A stretch of DNA of 63,724 nucleotides, counting the filler, from Candidatus Zapsychrus exili (GTDB lineage: Bacteria; Omnitrophota; Gorgyraeia; Zapsychrales; Zapsychraceae): the NCBI GenBank assembly GCA_030765585.1. It is 5 parts of 5 records of this genome, joined end to end, with 100 filler letters (N's around TTAATTAATTAA, not from the genome) between each part and the next. Parts side by side here need not be neighbours in the genome. Positions count along the whole stretch, not along the records: positions 16,361 to 44,022 come from JAVCCJ010000043.1; 4 more parts are not named here. One strand, given 5' to 3'. Below the pieces are notes generated by a model. The model did no database searches. It saw only the letters and a program-made list of their open reading frames with translations, and was not told the DNA's origin. Below are positions 30,540-39,145 of this stretch, piece by piece (position 1 is the first letter of the stretch; every line of letters begins with the position of its first letter). A program made the translations under genes and the position numbers.

Positions 30540-30568
30540 ATTATATAACCCTACTTCTTTAAAGTAAA
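30540..30568 (-). promoter_or_regulatory. Putative sigma70 promoter for small-ORF/rmuC unit
   Basis: Minus strand TTTACT-17 nt-TATAAT. Confidence 0.5.
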
Positions 30569-30573
30569 GAAGT

Positions 30574-31233
30574 TCATAAGTATCTCTCTAGGCCCGTTAG
30601 AGGACAATTTTCACAAGATGGTTTTGTTTTGCAATGTTCTTTCGCAAGACGTACAACTAATGCGTGATACTCGTTAAAAATTTTTACATCATGGCTTAAA
30701 TTGCTCATAAAAATATCTTGCACTTTCTTATAATCATCGTTTTTATTTATAACTTTATGTCTAGAAAATATTCTTTTTGTATACGCATCAACAACAAATA
30801 TCGGTTTATTAAAAGCATACAAAAGTATTGAGTCAGCTGTCTCTGGGCCTATGCCATTAACGGAAAGAAGTCTTTCTCTTAAAACATCCAAACTCTCACT
30901 TTCCATTTTCTTTAAACTACCCTTGTATTCTAAATATAGAAAATCTACAAAGTTTTTTAATCTAACAGCTTTTACATTAAAATATCCTGCAGGTCTAATA
31001 AGTACGGCTAACTTTTTGTGAGGGATATCGCTTAGTGAAGATATTGTGAGCAACTTGGCTTTTCTTAGATTATTAATCGCACGTTCTACGTTAGACCAAT
31101 TAGTATTTTGAGTAAGTATTGCACCCACTATTACTTCGAATTTAGTCTTACCTGGCCACCAATGTTGTTTCCCAAACGCAGCATAGAGACTCTTGTAGAT
31201 ATTGCTAAGAATAGTTTTCTTAGATTTTAGCAT
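30574..31233 (-). CDS. Endonuclease III-related HhH-GPD DNA glycosylase
   Basis: WWP, GAILTQNTNW, GIGPETADSI, VVDAYT, C-X5-C-X2-CP Fe-S cluster end. Confidence 0.92.
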   Translation of the reverse strand: MLKSKKTILSNIYKSLYAAFGKQHWWPGKTKFEVIVGAILTQNTNWSNVERAINNLRKAKLLTISSLSDIPHKKLAVLIRPAGYFNVKAVRLKNFVDFLYLEYKGSLKKMESESLDVLRERLLSVNGIGPETADSILLYAFNKPIFVVDAYTKRIFSRHKVINKNDDYKKVQDIFMSNLSHDVKIFNEYHALVVRLAKEHCKTKPSCENCPLTGLERYL

Positions 31234-31234
31234 A

Positions 31235-31366
31235 CTAACGTCTGTGGGGTTTTGAACGGGCTATATCTTCGAAAGACCAATCTTTTTCTTTCTTAGGAGC
31301 AGGTGCTGCCGACGCACCATCAAATTGTTTTGCATCCATCTTTTTTCTAGGCTTTTTCTTGCTCAT
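31235..31366 (-). CDS. Small basic protein (43 aa), unknown function
   Basis: MSKKKPRKKMDAKQFDGASAAPAPKKEKDWSFEDIARSKPHRR; SD GAGGTG; stop 1 nt before next ATG; not in ORF track. Confidence 0.65.
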   Translation of the reverse strand: MSKKKPRKKMDAKQFDGASAAPAPKKEKDWSFEDIARSKPHRR

Positions 31367-31375
31367 AAAACACCT

Positions 31376-31666
31376 CTATATGAATTGATAAACTTTTCTT
31401 ATTTTCTCAATTACCTCCCAAGTACAATCTAGATCACGAGGAAAAGTTACAAAGTCGCCTGCATTTATTTGAGTCTCTCCATTGGAAGTCTTAATATTTA
31501 CTTTGCCTTCATAAACATAAGCAAGCTCGATCTGATCATAATGCCAATCAAAAGATGATGGCTCACATTCCCAAACAGACCAATCTGCCGTACTTTGCAA
31601 AGAATCAGGTATTTTTAATTCTTGCCTTTTTTCATCGCTTAATTTCTCAACCTTTATCTGGCTCAT
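31376..31666 (-). CDS. Cupin domain protein (DUF861/EutQ-like)
   Basis: WSVWECEPSSFDWHY, EGKV, AGDFVTFP, CTWEV, KVY. Confidence 0.9.
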   Translation of the reverse strand: MSQIKVEKLSDEKRQELKIPDSLQSTADWSVWECEPSSFDWHYDQIELAYVYEGKVNIKTSNGETQINAGDFVTFPRDLDCTWEVIEKIRKVYQFI

Positions 31667-32102
31667 CAACTACCTCCCCTTGAACTTCTTCATCTTCTTC
31701 TATCGCTTCTTTTATCTCTTCTTTAGCCGGTAGATATTCCCAACTGACCAATCTATCGTTCTCATTAAAATATAAATAAACCTTGTCAGTATTAAAATAT
31801 TTTGTTGTATATCTATATAACCATTTTTGCTGCTTTTCTCCCTTATCATCTATATCTTTTTTAAATACAGGATCACCATAAATTCTTACAACGCTCTTTG
31901 ACTTTATATTCTTATCCAACGCACCATTCTTAATATCCAATAGCAATTTATCAAATTTACTATCCTGACTTTCTACATATTTACCAATTTTCGTTTGTTC
32001 ATCAGAATAACCTTTCAAAGTTAAAAGTTCATTAATATGCTTTAACTTTGCACAACTGGAAAAACAAATAGAAATGACTAATAAAAATAATATTTTTCTC
32101 AA
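31647..32102 (-). CDS. Lipoprotein, BamE-like fold possible
   Basis: Lipobox FSSC, YGDP...WLYRY...VYLYFNE..LVSW. Confidence 0.7.
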   Translation of the reverse strand: MRKILFLLVISICFSSCAKLKHINELLTLKGYSDEQTKIGKYVESQDSKFDKLLLDIKNGALDKNIKSKSVVRIYGDPVFKKDIDDKGEKQQKWLYRYTTKYFNTDKVYLYFNENDRLVSWEYLPAKEEIKEAIEEDEEVQGEVVDEPDKG

Positions 32103-32356
32103 ACCTTATTCCTCCTAAAATGGACAAATATACGTCCCCAGTTTTTATCATCCTTTTCAATTCTATGATACATCTTACTGTAATTCTTTTCAAGAAAACG
32201 CAAAACATATTTCTTAAGTTGACCACTTCCCTTTCCAGGTATAATTTCAACAAGCTTTGCTTTCTTACTTTCAGCTTGACTCATTATATCAACTATTGCG
32301 TTCTCAAGCTTTTTACCATCTTTATATATATCATGTAGGTCTAGCTTTAATTTCAT
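32099..32356 (-). CDS. Stand-alone Smr/MutS2 domain protein
   Basis: LDLH, IIPGKGSGQLK, NWG. Confidence 0.9.
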   Translation of the reverse strand: MKLKLDLHDIYKDGKKLENAIVDIMSQAESKKAKLVEIIPGKGSGQLKKYVLRFLEKNYSKMYHRIEKDDKNWGRIFVHFRRNKV

Positions 32357-32362
32357 AAATGA

Positions 32363-32460
32363 GCACCTAACTTATGGAGCCGAGCCTGCGAGGCGAACAT
32401 CAAGTTAGCCTGTGCGAACTTACATCTGAAAGGATGCGGCCCAGCAACCGAGCAGATGTA
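32363..32460. repeat. GC-rich two-stem structured intergenic element
   Basis: GCAC-CTAACTT-ATG...CAT-CAAGTTAG-GTGC and TACATCTG...CAGATGTA. Confidence 0.55.
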
Positions 32461-32468
32461 CCTTAATA

Positions 32469-34424
32469 TTATTCTTTTACTTTCTGAATATTTTCCTTCT
32501 CTACAATCAAAGACTTTATTGTACTTTCTATTTCACGCATTCTACTCTGTATGTCTTTCAGGCGTCTTCCATAGCTTTTAAGAACCTCTTTATCCTGCTT
32601 ATCAAAAGATTTTGATAAATGTCTAGATTTAACATAACTCTCTGTTTCTAAATCTTCTCGTTCTTTCTCTAGCGCTTTAATTTCTTTCTTTATCTGCGAT
32701 ATCCTCTTTAAAGCCTGTTTATGTTGCGCATGCAGCTTATCTACAACAGAGTCGCTTTTTTCGCCCTTCTGTTTTTTCGACTTCTTACTACTATTTTTCT
32801 CGCCTGATTTAACTTGTTTCTTTTTTGATTTTACATCTAAAGTGCTTTGTTGTTTTTTATCTAAATAATAATCTAATCCACCTGGATAGATTTTTATACC
32901 ACCGCCACTTACATCAACTATACAATCTGCAACTTCTCTAATAAAATAAAGATCATGACTTATAAATACAAGCGTCGCATCATATTCCTTAAACGCGTCT
33001 GTCAATGCTTTAACTCCATCTAAATCTAAATGAGTAGTAGGCTCGTCTAACAACATAAAATTAGGTGGCTTAATAAGAAGCTTAGCTAAGATAACACGAC
33101 TTTTTTCTCCTCCCGATAGAATTCTTACAGTTTTAAAAACATCATCTCCATGAAAATTAAAAAGCCCCAACAAAGTTCTTATCTTTAAAGATGGCACACC
33201 TGCGGTAGACACAGATGCTACTTCTTCAAACACTGTTCTATCTGGATTCAATACATCCAAACGTGACTGAGAAAAATATCCCAATTCTACATTATGCCCA
33301 TATTTAAGTGTGCCTGAGTCTTGTTTTAGCGCACCTGCTAGCATTTTCAGAAGTGTTGATTTTCCAGCGCCATTAGACCCAACAAGACAAATTCTTTGCC
33401 CCCGTGTAACCTCAAAATCTAAATCACGATAAACTTGCTTTTCTCCGTAAGATTTGCTGATCTTATTTAAATACGCAACAACATAACCGCTTGACTTTAA
33501 TTGAGAAAACTCAAACTCACCCATACTCTTTTTATCATGCGCTAAATCTATTGTTTCTAATTTATCTATCATCTTGCGCTTATTTCTTACAGCTGAGGCT
33601 CTATTTGGCTGGGCATGAAAACGCTGAGCGAATTGTTCTAATTGTTTTCTTTTTTTATCAACAACTTTTTTTCTCTTCTCAAGCGTCTTTTGATCAATCT
33701 CTCTCTGATGTTCAAATGTTTCATAATTTCCTTTAACCTTCATAAGTTGAGGTCCATCGAGAACTATAGTATAATTTGTTACATCATTTAAAAATACCCT
33801 GTCATGAGAAATCAAAACAAATGCTCCATCATAATTTTTTAAGAAATCTTTAAGCCAAAGCGTTGCAGATAAATCTAGATAATTTGTAGGCTCATCTAAT
33901 AGAAGTAAGTTATATGGATAAGCTAAAAGTTTAGCCAAAAGCGTTCTCATTTGCCATCCACCACTTAACTGTGAAATAGGCTTGTGAAAAGTTTCTTGCT
34001 CAAATCCTAAACCTGTTAAGATTTTTTCAACCTTATGTTCTATTTCGTAAACTCCAAGCTGTTCTAGCTCGTGCAATATATCGCCATATCTATTTGAGTC
34101 TGCCTTATGTTCATCTTCTAGTTTCCTTTTTTCACTCATCAAGTTTTTTATTCTATCATCGCCCTCAATAAGCTCTTCCATAACAGTTCTGTCTGATTTA
34201 AAAGATGACTCCTGCGGTAAGTACCCAATATTCATATTTCTTTGCATTTGAATATTGCCAACCAGGGGCTCCATATTGCCCAGAATAATAGAAAAAAGTG
34301 TTGTCTTGCCAGAACCATTTGGACCAGTTAGACCTATCTTTTCATTAGGAAAAATACTTAGCGTCACGTCACGAAAAAGCGTTCTACCCGTAAACCCCAT
34401 TGTTACATTATTTATTGTAATCAT
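32469..34424 (-). CDS. ABC-F family ATPase with C-terminal coiled coil
   Basis: Two NBDs (GPNGSGKT/LSGGW/DEPTN; GSNGAGKS/LSGGE/DEPTT), no TM. Confidence 0.93.
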   Translation of the reverse strand: MITINNVTMGFTGRTLFRDVTLSIFPNEKIGLTGPNGSGKTTLFSIILGNMEPLVGNIQMQRNMNIGYLPQESSFKSDRTVMEELIEGDDRIKNLMSEKRKLEDEHKADSNRYGDILHELEQLGVYEIEHKVEKILTGLGFEQETFHKPISQLSGGWQMRTLLAKLLAYPYNLLLLDEPTNYLDLSATLWLKDFLKNYDGAFVLISHDRVFLNDVTNYTIVLDGPQLMKVKGNYETFEHQREIDQKTLEKRKKVVDKKRKQLEQFAQRFHAQPNRASAVRNKRKMIDKLETIDLAHDKKSMGEFEFSQLKSSGYVVAYLNKISKSYGEKQVYRDLDFEVTRGQRICLVGSNGAGKSTLLKMLAGALKQDSGTLKYGHNVELGYFSQSRLDVLNPDRTVFEEVASVSTAGVPSLKIRTLLGLFNFHGDDVFKTVRILSGGEKSRVILAKLLIKPPNFMLLDEPTTHLDLDGVKALTDAFKEYDATLVFISHDLYFIREVADCIVDVSGGGIKIYPGGLDYYLDKKQQSTLDVKSKKKQVKSGEKNSSKKSKKQKGEKSDSVVDKLHAQHKQALKRISQIKKEIKALEKEREDLETESYVKSRHLSKSFDKQDKEVLKSYGRRLKDIQSRMREIESTIKSLIVEKENIQKVKE

Positions 34425-35131
34425 TTTCTAATTAACTCTATCTCTTGCTTCGTTAAAAGCCTAAACTTTCCTAATCTTAAATTTCCCAAAGACAATGGCC
34501 CCTGAGAAAGTCTTTTCAAATAAACAACTTTATGACCAACTTTAGAAAACATTCTTCTTACCTGACGCTTTTTGCCTTCATGAATTGTTAAAAGTAATTC
34601 TGTATCTTTATTCTTTAATCTTATTATCCTTATCTTCGCTTTAGATGTCCTAGACTTATCTATAAAAATACCATTCTCTAACAAACGCTTACTTTTTACC
34701 TCTAGTCGACCTAAAATATTAACAAAATAAGTCTTATCGATATTAAATTTAGGGTGTGTAAGTTTATAAGCTGAATCTCCATCATTCGTTAAAAGAAGAA
34801 GCCCTTCTGTGTCCTTATCTAATCTTCCTACAGGAGATAAATGATGATATTGTCTTGGCAACAGATCAAGAATAGTCTTATCGGCAAACTTATCTTTTTT
34901 TGTAGTAATAAAACCCTTTGGCTTATTAAAAAGAATGTAATCATAATTCTTTTCACTTATCTCTTTACCGCCTACAGAAACAATATCCCTGCCTGGATCT
35001 ATCTTGACAGACGGTTCAGTTACTTTTCTTCCATTTACTCTAACAGAACCTGCTTTTATAATATCCAAAGCATTTCTTCTGGAACAAACCCCGTTATGGG
35101 ATAGAAAAAGTTGTAGCTTTATTTCATTCAT
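34421..35131 (-). CDS. rRNA pseudouridine synthase (RluB/RsuA family)
   Basis: S4 domain, NKPKG, VGRLDKDTEGLLLLTNDG, EGKKRQVRRM. Confidence 0.93.
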   Translation of the reverse strand: MNEIKLQLFLSHNGVCSRRNALDIIKAGSVRVNGRKVTEPSVKIDPGRDIVSVGGKEISEKNYDYILFNKPKGFITTKKDKFADKTILDLLPRQYHHLSPVGRLDKDTEGLLLLTNDGDSAYKLTHPKFNIDKTYFVNILGRLEVKSKRLLENGIFIDKSRTSKAKIRIIRLKNKDTELLLTIHEGKKRQVRRMFSKVGHKVVYLKRLSQGPLSLGNLRLGKFRLLTKQEIELIRK

Positions 35132-35921
35132 GGCGTTGCCTCAAGGCTTCGTAAAGCAGGATGGCTGTTGAAGTAGAAACGTTTAAAGAATCAGCGCAAC
35201 CCTTCATTGGAATCTTAAGTTTCATATCTGATTTCTTTATCCAAAAATCACTTAACCCGTCCTGTTCGCTTCCAACAACAATTGCTAAACTACCATTTAA
35301 ATCAGCTTTTGTATAAGATGATTTAGAGTGCGGAGTTGCTGCAGCTATTTTTATTTTATTAGATTTTAAATACTCATAAGTATCTTCATTTGACGAAGCA
35401 ATAACCTTTTGAGTAAATACCGTACCTAAGCTTGATCTTATTACATTAGGATTAAATATATCCGTTTTCTCGTCGCTTATTATTATCAAATCAACTCCAG
35501 CACCATCACACGAACGCAATATAGCTCCTAAATTACCTGGTTTCTCGACGCTTTCAACTACTAAGACAAAAGCATCTTTCTTAAAAGCTATACTTTTAAT
35601 ATCAGCTACTTTAGGTACACATATTGCAACTATGCCTTCTTTCCTGTCTCCGTAAGATATCTTATTAAAAACATCATCCGTTACCTCAAAACAATCTATC
35701 TTTAACTTGCTTATTGCATCTATTATTTTGTGATCTGCGTCTACTAAGAAATCTTTACAAATATAGAATTCTTTAAAATCGCATTTTGCGTCCAATGCCT
35801 GCTGCACTTCGCGCCTGCCTTCAACAATTGTTAATCCTAGCTTTAATCTATCTTTATGATTTCTTAGTCTAACAACTTTTTTTATTCTATCATTTTGAAC
35901 ACTTGTTATTCTATTTCGCAT
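35124..35921 (-). CDS. TrmH/SpoU family RNA 2'-O-methyltransferase
   Basis: KPGNLGAILRS, GSEQDGL, IPM, DSLNVS. Confidence 0.93.
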   Translation of the reverse strand: MRNRITSVQNDRIKKVVRLRNHKDRLKLGLTIVEGRREVQQALDAKCDFKEFYICKDFLVDADHKIIDAISKLKIDCFEVTDDVFNKISYGDRKEGIVAICVPKVADIKSIAFKKDAFVLVVESVEKPGNLGAILRSCDGAGVDLIIISDEKTDIFNPNVIRSSLGTVFTQKVIASSNEDTYEYLKSNKIKIAAATPHSKSSYTKADLNGSLAIVVGSEQDGLSDFWIKKSDMKLKIPMKGCADSLNVSTSTAILLYEALRQRHE

Positions 35922-37101
35922 ATTTCTTTAATACCTTCGATATAGTTTTATTCTTTTTAAAATTCTTAGTTTTCCACGATTCTATCATTTTACTTTTATT
36001 CTTCTTCCAATTGAGATGATAAGTATCCCAGCCAAACAAAGGTCCTACGCGATTGACCCATGAAGGATTATCGTAATAGCTATAAACTCCGTCTGGAAAA
36101 GCAAAGCCTTTAATAGCCTTGTATGTCCAATAAGTCCAATGAAAGCCAAAATTATTAAAACATTTTAAATTATCTTCAAGCCACTTGTCCTCCCCATCAA
36201 AGCCATCCCTATAATTTACACCAAATTCACCAACAAGGACTGGGACATCTCTTTTTTTAGATATTTCCTTATATTGAGAAATATGCCTTTTAATATGGAC
36301 ACTGTTCTTTACTTTTGTAGGATACTTTAGATGCGGCACAAAATTAAATGTAAAATCCAAAGGTTCATAGCTATGTATGCTTAAAGCATAGTTATCGTCC
36401 TCAAACTCGTCTAAGCAATTAATATCAGTTGACCAATTGTTTCCCTCAATAAATAAAATATGATTACGATCCACGCTTCTTATCGTTTCTATAATCTGTT
36501 TATAAAAACTATTTAGTTGCCTTATATCTTGCACAACTGATTCATTCATAAGATCATATCCTGCTACACATTCTTCATTCTTATATCTATCTGCCAAAAA
36601 TTTCCAAAGAGCCAAAGTTCTCTTTTGATTATTTTTATTTGTCCACAGCTCGGCCTTTCCAAAACTATCAGAATGCCAATCATGATTCTGACAACCAGCT
36701 GCACCATGTAAATCTAAAATAACAAAAAGCTTATTCTTCTTAGCCCATTTGATTGCATCGTCAAGAAACTTTACCCCTGACTTACTGTATTTATTAAGCT
36801 TAGATTCTACTAACCTATGATGAAAAGGGATTCTAACGCAATTAAACCCAAGTTTTTTTATATTCTTAAAATCTAATTCAGTTATAAAATTCTTTCTAAA
36901 GCTATCGTCAAAATCTAATAATGCTTTTTCGCCTAAAGCTTTCTTAAAGTTATTTCTAAAATATCTCTCTGGATTATTAGGCGCAAAAAGAAGGTAGCCT
37001 TCCATCATAAGCCAACCGCCCAAATTAACACCTTTTAAAGCTACTGGTTTTCCCTGACTATCTAATATTTTTGTTTTGTTTACTTTTAAGAATTTACTCA
37101 C
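35911..37101 (-). CDS. Glycoside hydrolase family 5, no signal peptide
   Basis: GVNLGGWLMMEG, VRIPF, DLHG, YDLMNE (acid/base), HSY, VGEFG (nucleophile), WTYK. Confidence 0.88.
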   Translation of the reverse strand: MSKFLKVNKTKILDSQGKPVALKGVNLGGWLMMEGYLLFAPNNPERYFRNNFKKALGEKALLDFDDSFRKNFITELDFKNIKKLGFNCVRIPFHHRLVESKLNKYSKSGVKFLDDAIKWAKKNKLFVILDLHGAAGCQNHDWHSDSFGKAELWTNKNNQKRTLALWKFLADRYKNEECVAGYDLMNESVVQDIRQLNSFYKQIIETIRSVDRNHILFIEGNNWSTDINCLDEFEDDNYALSIHSYEPLDFTFNFVPHLKYPTKVKNSVHIKRHISQYKEISKKRDVPVLVGEFGVNYRDGFDGEDKWLEDNLKCFNNFGFHWTYWTYKAIKGFAFPDGVYSYYDNPSWVNRVGPLFGWDTYHLNWKKNKSKMIESWKTKNFKKNKTISKVLKKYAK

Positions 37102-37892
37102 TTTATCCCCTCTATAAATTTCTTTATTGAAGCGCTAAATTCATTTATATGCATCCACGCTTCATTATGACCACCTGCTATTTCTAAAAACTCTTTGCTA
37201 CCCTCTGCTGCCTCATACAATTTTTTTCCTAATTCGAACGGAACAACATCGTCTTCTCTACTATGAATAAATAATTTTGGAATTGGTATATTCTTAACTT
37301 TCAACAAAGAATCTAATTTAATATTAATTAAGAATAACGGCGCAACCGGCATAATCAACTTTGCCATATCTTTTGCATTCGTAAAAGAAGACTCAACAAT
37401 CAAAGCGCTTAAATCTCGTCTTGTCGCTAAATCAATTGCAACCGCACCTCCCAAAGAAACACCATATCCTATCAATTTATTCTTATTTATATCTTCTCTT
37501 GTCAGCAAATAATCGTAAGCTGCCACTGCATCTTTATATAATCCCGCCTCTGACGACGAACCTCCACTATTGCCATATCCTCTATAATCAACAATAAAAA
37601 CGTTTAAACCAATCTTATTTAAAGAACCTATTTTTTCAACCCTATCCCCTATATTTCCTGCATTACCATGAAAAAGAATCGCAGTAGGAGAGCTTTCTGA
37701 TACCTTTATCAACCAACCATTAAGCCTTACATTATCTTCTGTTATAAAATACAAATCCTCAAAACTTAAACCAATTTCTTTTGGAGAAAAATACACAAGC
37801 TTGGAAGGGTAAAAAACAGACTTACTCTCTAAAAATTTAATGTAAGCAATAAGAATGATACATATTAAAATTATACATAAAAAAATCTTCAT
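37098..37892 (-). CDS. Alpha/beta hydrolase (ABHD13/YfhR-like)
   Basis: HGNAGN, DYRGYG, GVSLGG, HSREDDVVP, GGHN; start at MKIFL (upstream extension reads through a repeat). Confidence 0.9.
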   Translation of the reverse strand: MKIFLCIILICIILIAYIKFLESKSVFYPSKLVYFSPKEIGLSFEDLYFITEDNVRLNGWLIKVSESSPTAILFHGNAGNIGDRVEKIGSLNKIGLNVFIVDYRGYGNSGGSSSEAGLYKDAVAAYDYLLTREDINKNKLIGYGVSLGGAVAIDLATRRDLSALIVESSFTNAKDMAKLIMPVAPLFLINIKLDSLLKVKNIPIPKLFIHSREDDVVPFELGKKLYEAAEGSKEFLEIAGGHNEAWMHINEFSASIKKFIEGIK

Positions 37893-37935
37893 ATTATTAA
37901 AAGGGCAATAGCAAATAAAGATAACATCATATAAA

Positions 37936-38001
37936 GAGATTCCTGCCCGTAAAGAGGCGTAGTCCCCCAACGGGACTTTACGTGTCTACGCAGGAATGAC
38001 A
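37936..38001. repeat. GATTCCTGC...GCAGGAATGAC palindrome with second hairpin in its loop
   Basis: Matches right arm of 9087 element; inner CGTAAAG...AGTCCC-CCAAC-GGGACT-TTACG. Confidence 0.75.
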
Positions 38002-38040
38002 ACTTTTTCTTACCACTCTATCACTCTACCTCTCTACCTC

Positions 38041-38517
38041 TTATTTTTTTGCAGAAGAATAATTTTTAAGATCGTAAACTATTTCTTTATCTGGCATAGG
38101 AATCTTATCTATTGCAACATTTGCTTTAGCAAAAAAATCTGTAGCTAACGTGTCATGGTATTCAGAAAATACTACAACCCTCTTTATTCCTGCAGCAATT
38201 AAAGCTTTAGCACATGTTGTGCAAGGCATATTAGTGACATAAGCAGTTGCGTCATCCACACTGTTTCCTTGTTTAGCAGCTTGAGTCAATGCATTCATCT
38301 CAGCATGATTCGTGCGAAGACAGTGATTATCAACCACCAGACACCCTACATCTTCACAATGGTCATCGCCAGGAATTGAACCATTATATCCTGTTGCAAT
38401 AACATTTTTATTTCTCACTAAAACACATCCACAATGCATGCGAGGACATGTTGCGCGCTCTGATGCAAGCATTGCAAGTTTTAAAAAATATTCATCCCAC
38501 TGAGGTCTTTTGCTCAT
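38041..38517 (-). CDS. dCMP deaminase (ComEB family)
   Basis: WDEYF, RATC, TGYNG, HAEMNA, PCTTC. Confidence 0.93.
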   Translation of the reverse strand: MSKRPQWDEYFLKLAMLASERATCPRMHCGCVLVRNKNVIATGYNGSIPGDDHCEDVGCLVVDNHCLRTNHAEMNALTQAAKQGNSVDDATAYVTNMPCTTCAKALIAAGIKRVVVFSEYHDTLATDFFAKANVAIDKIPMPDKEIVYDLKNYSSAKK

Positions 38518-38793
38518 ATATACTCCTAATAATAAATATTAATATTTATAGTTCAAATTATATTAACAGAACTTGATTACTTTTCAAGCTCAAAGAAATC
38601 AGGACCTCCTACAGACAAAATACAGAAAAGTCCTGATTCCCAAGAGACCCTGCTTCGCCGAAGCAAATACTAATTTACTTCGCAGAGGCGAGATAAACCA
38701 ATAATAAACCCAAAATAAAATCAGAACATGCGCTCAAATAAAATATAAAAACTCTTATCCCCATAAAGGTCAAAAAACAATAAGTCCGAAATA

Positions 38794-38831
38794 GAATTGG
38801 GGACATACGCAAAAGCGCATGTCCCCAATTC
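38794..38831. repeat. GGGGACA/TGTCCCC-type palindrome
   Basis: GAATTGGGGACATACGC-AAAA-GCGCATGTCCCCAATTC. Confidence 0.75.
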
Positions 38832-39145
38832 TTACTCCACAACTAGCCCTTCCCCAAGGACCAAATTCTAAATATTTAATATTTTGCGCTAAACACTAAT
38901 GTCAAATTCTCTCGTATTTTTTCCATCATTACAGAATCAATATTTAAAGAAATTATATAATTTTTTACCTAAGATTTAAGTTTTGAAACTTCTGTGGCTG
39001 GATTATTTAATAAGGGCAGTTTATGCCTTGTATAACATTACAAGAATAACATATTATTTAGATAAGTCAAATTTAACACTGAATTCATATTACTCATAAG
39101 TTATTGAAATACATAGACTTATAATTATGAGAAATAAACTCTTGG

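Noticed and set aside
32365..32410. attC-like ends (CTAAC...GTTAG)
   Set aside because: Only about 46 bp, imperfect R boxes, no integrase or cassette array
37893..37970. N-terminal extension of the alpha/beta hydrolase
   Set aside because: Begins inside the nested palindrome; hydrophobic leader starts at 37892
38877..39030. Toxin or transposase pseudogene call
   Set aside because: Fragment too short and motif-free to assign; mentioned only as part of the intergenic finding
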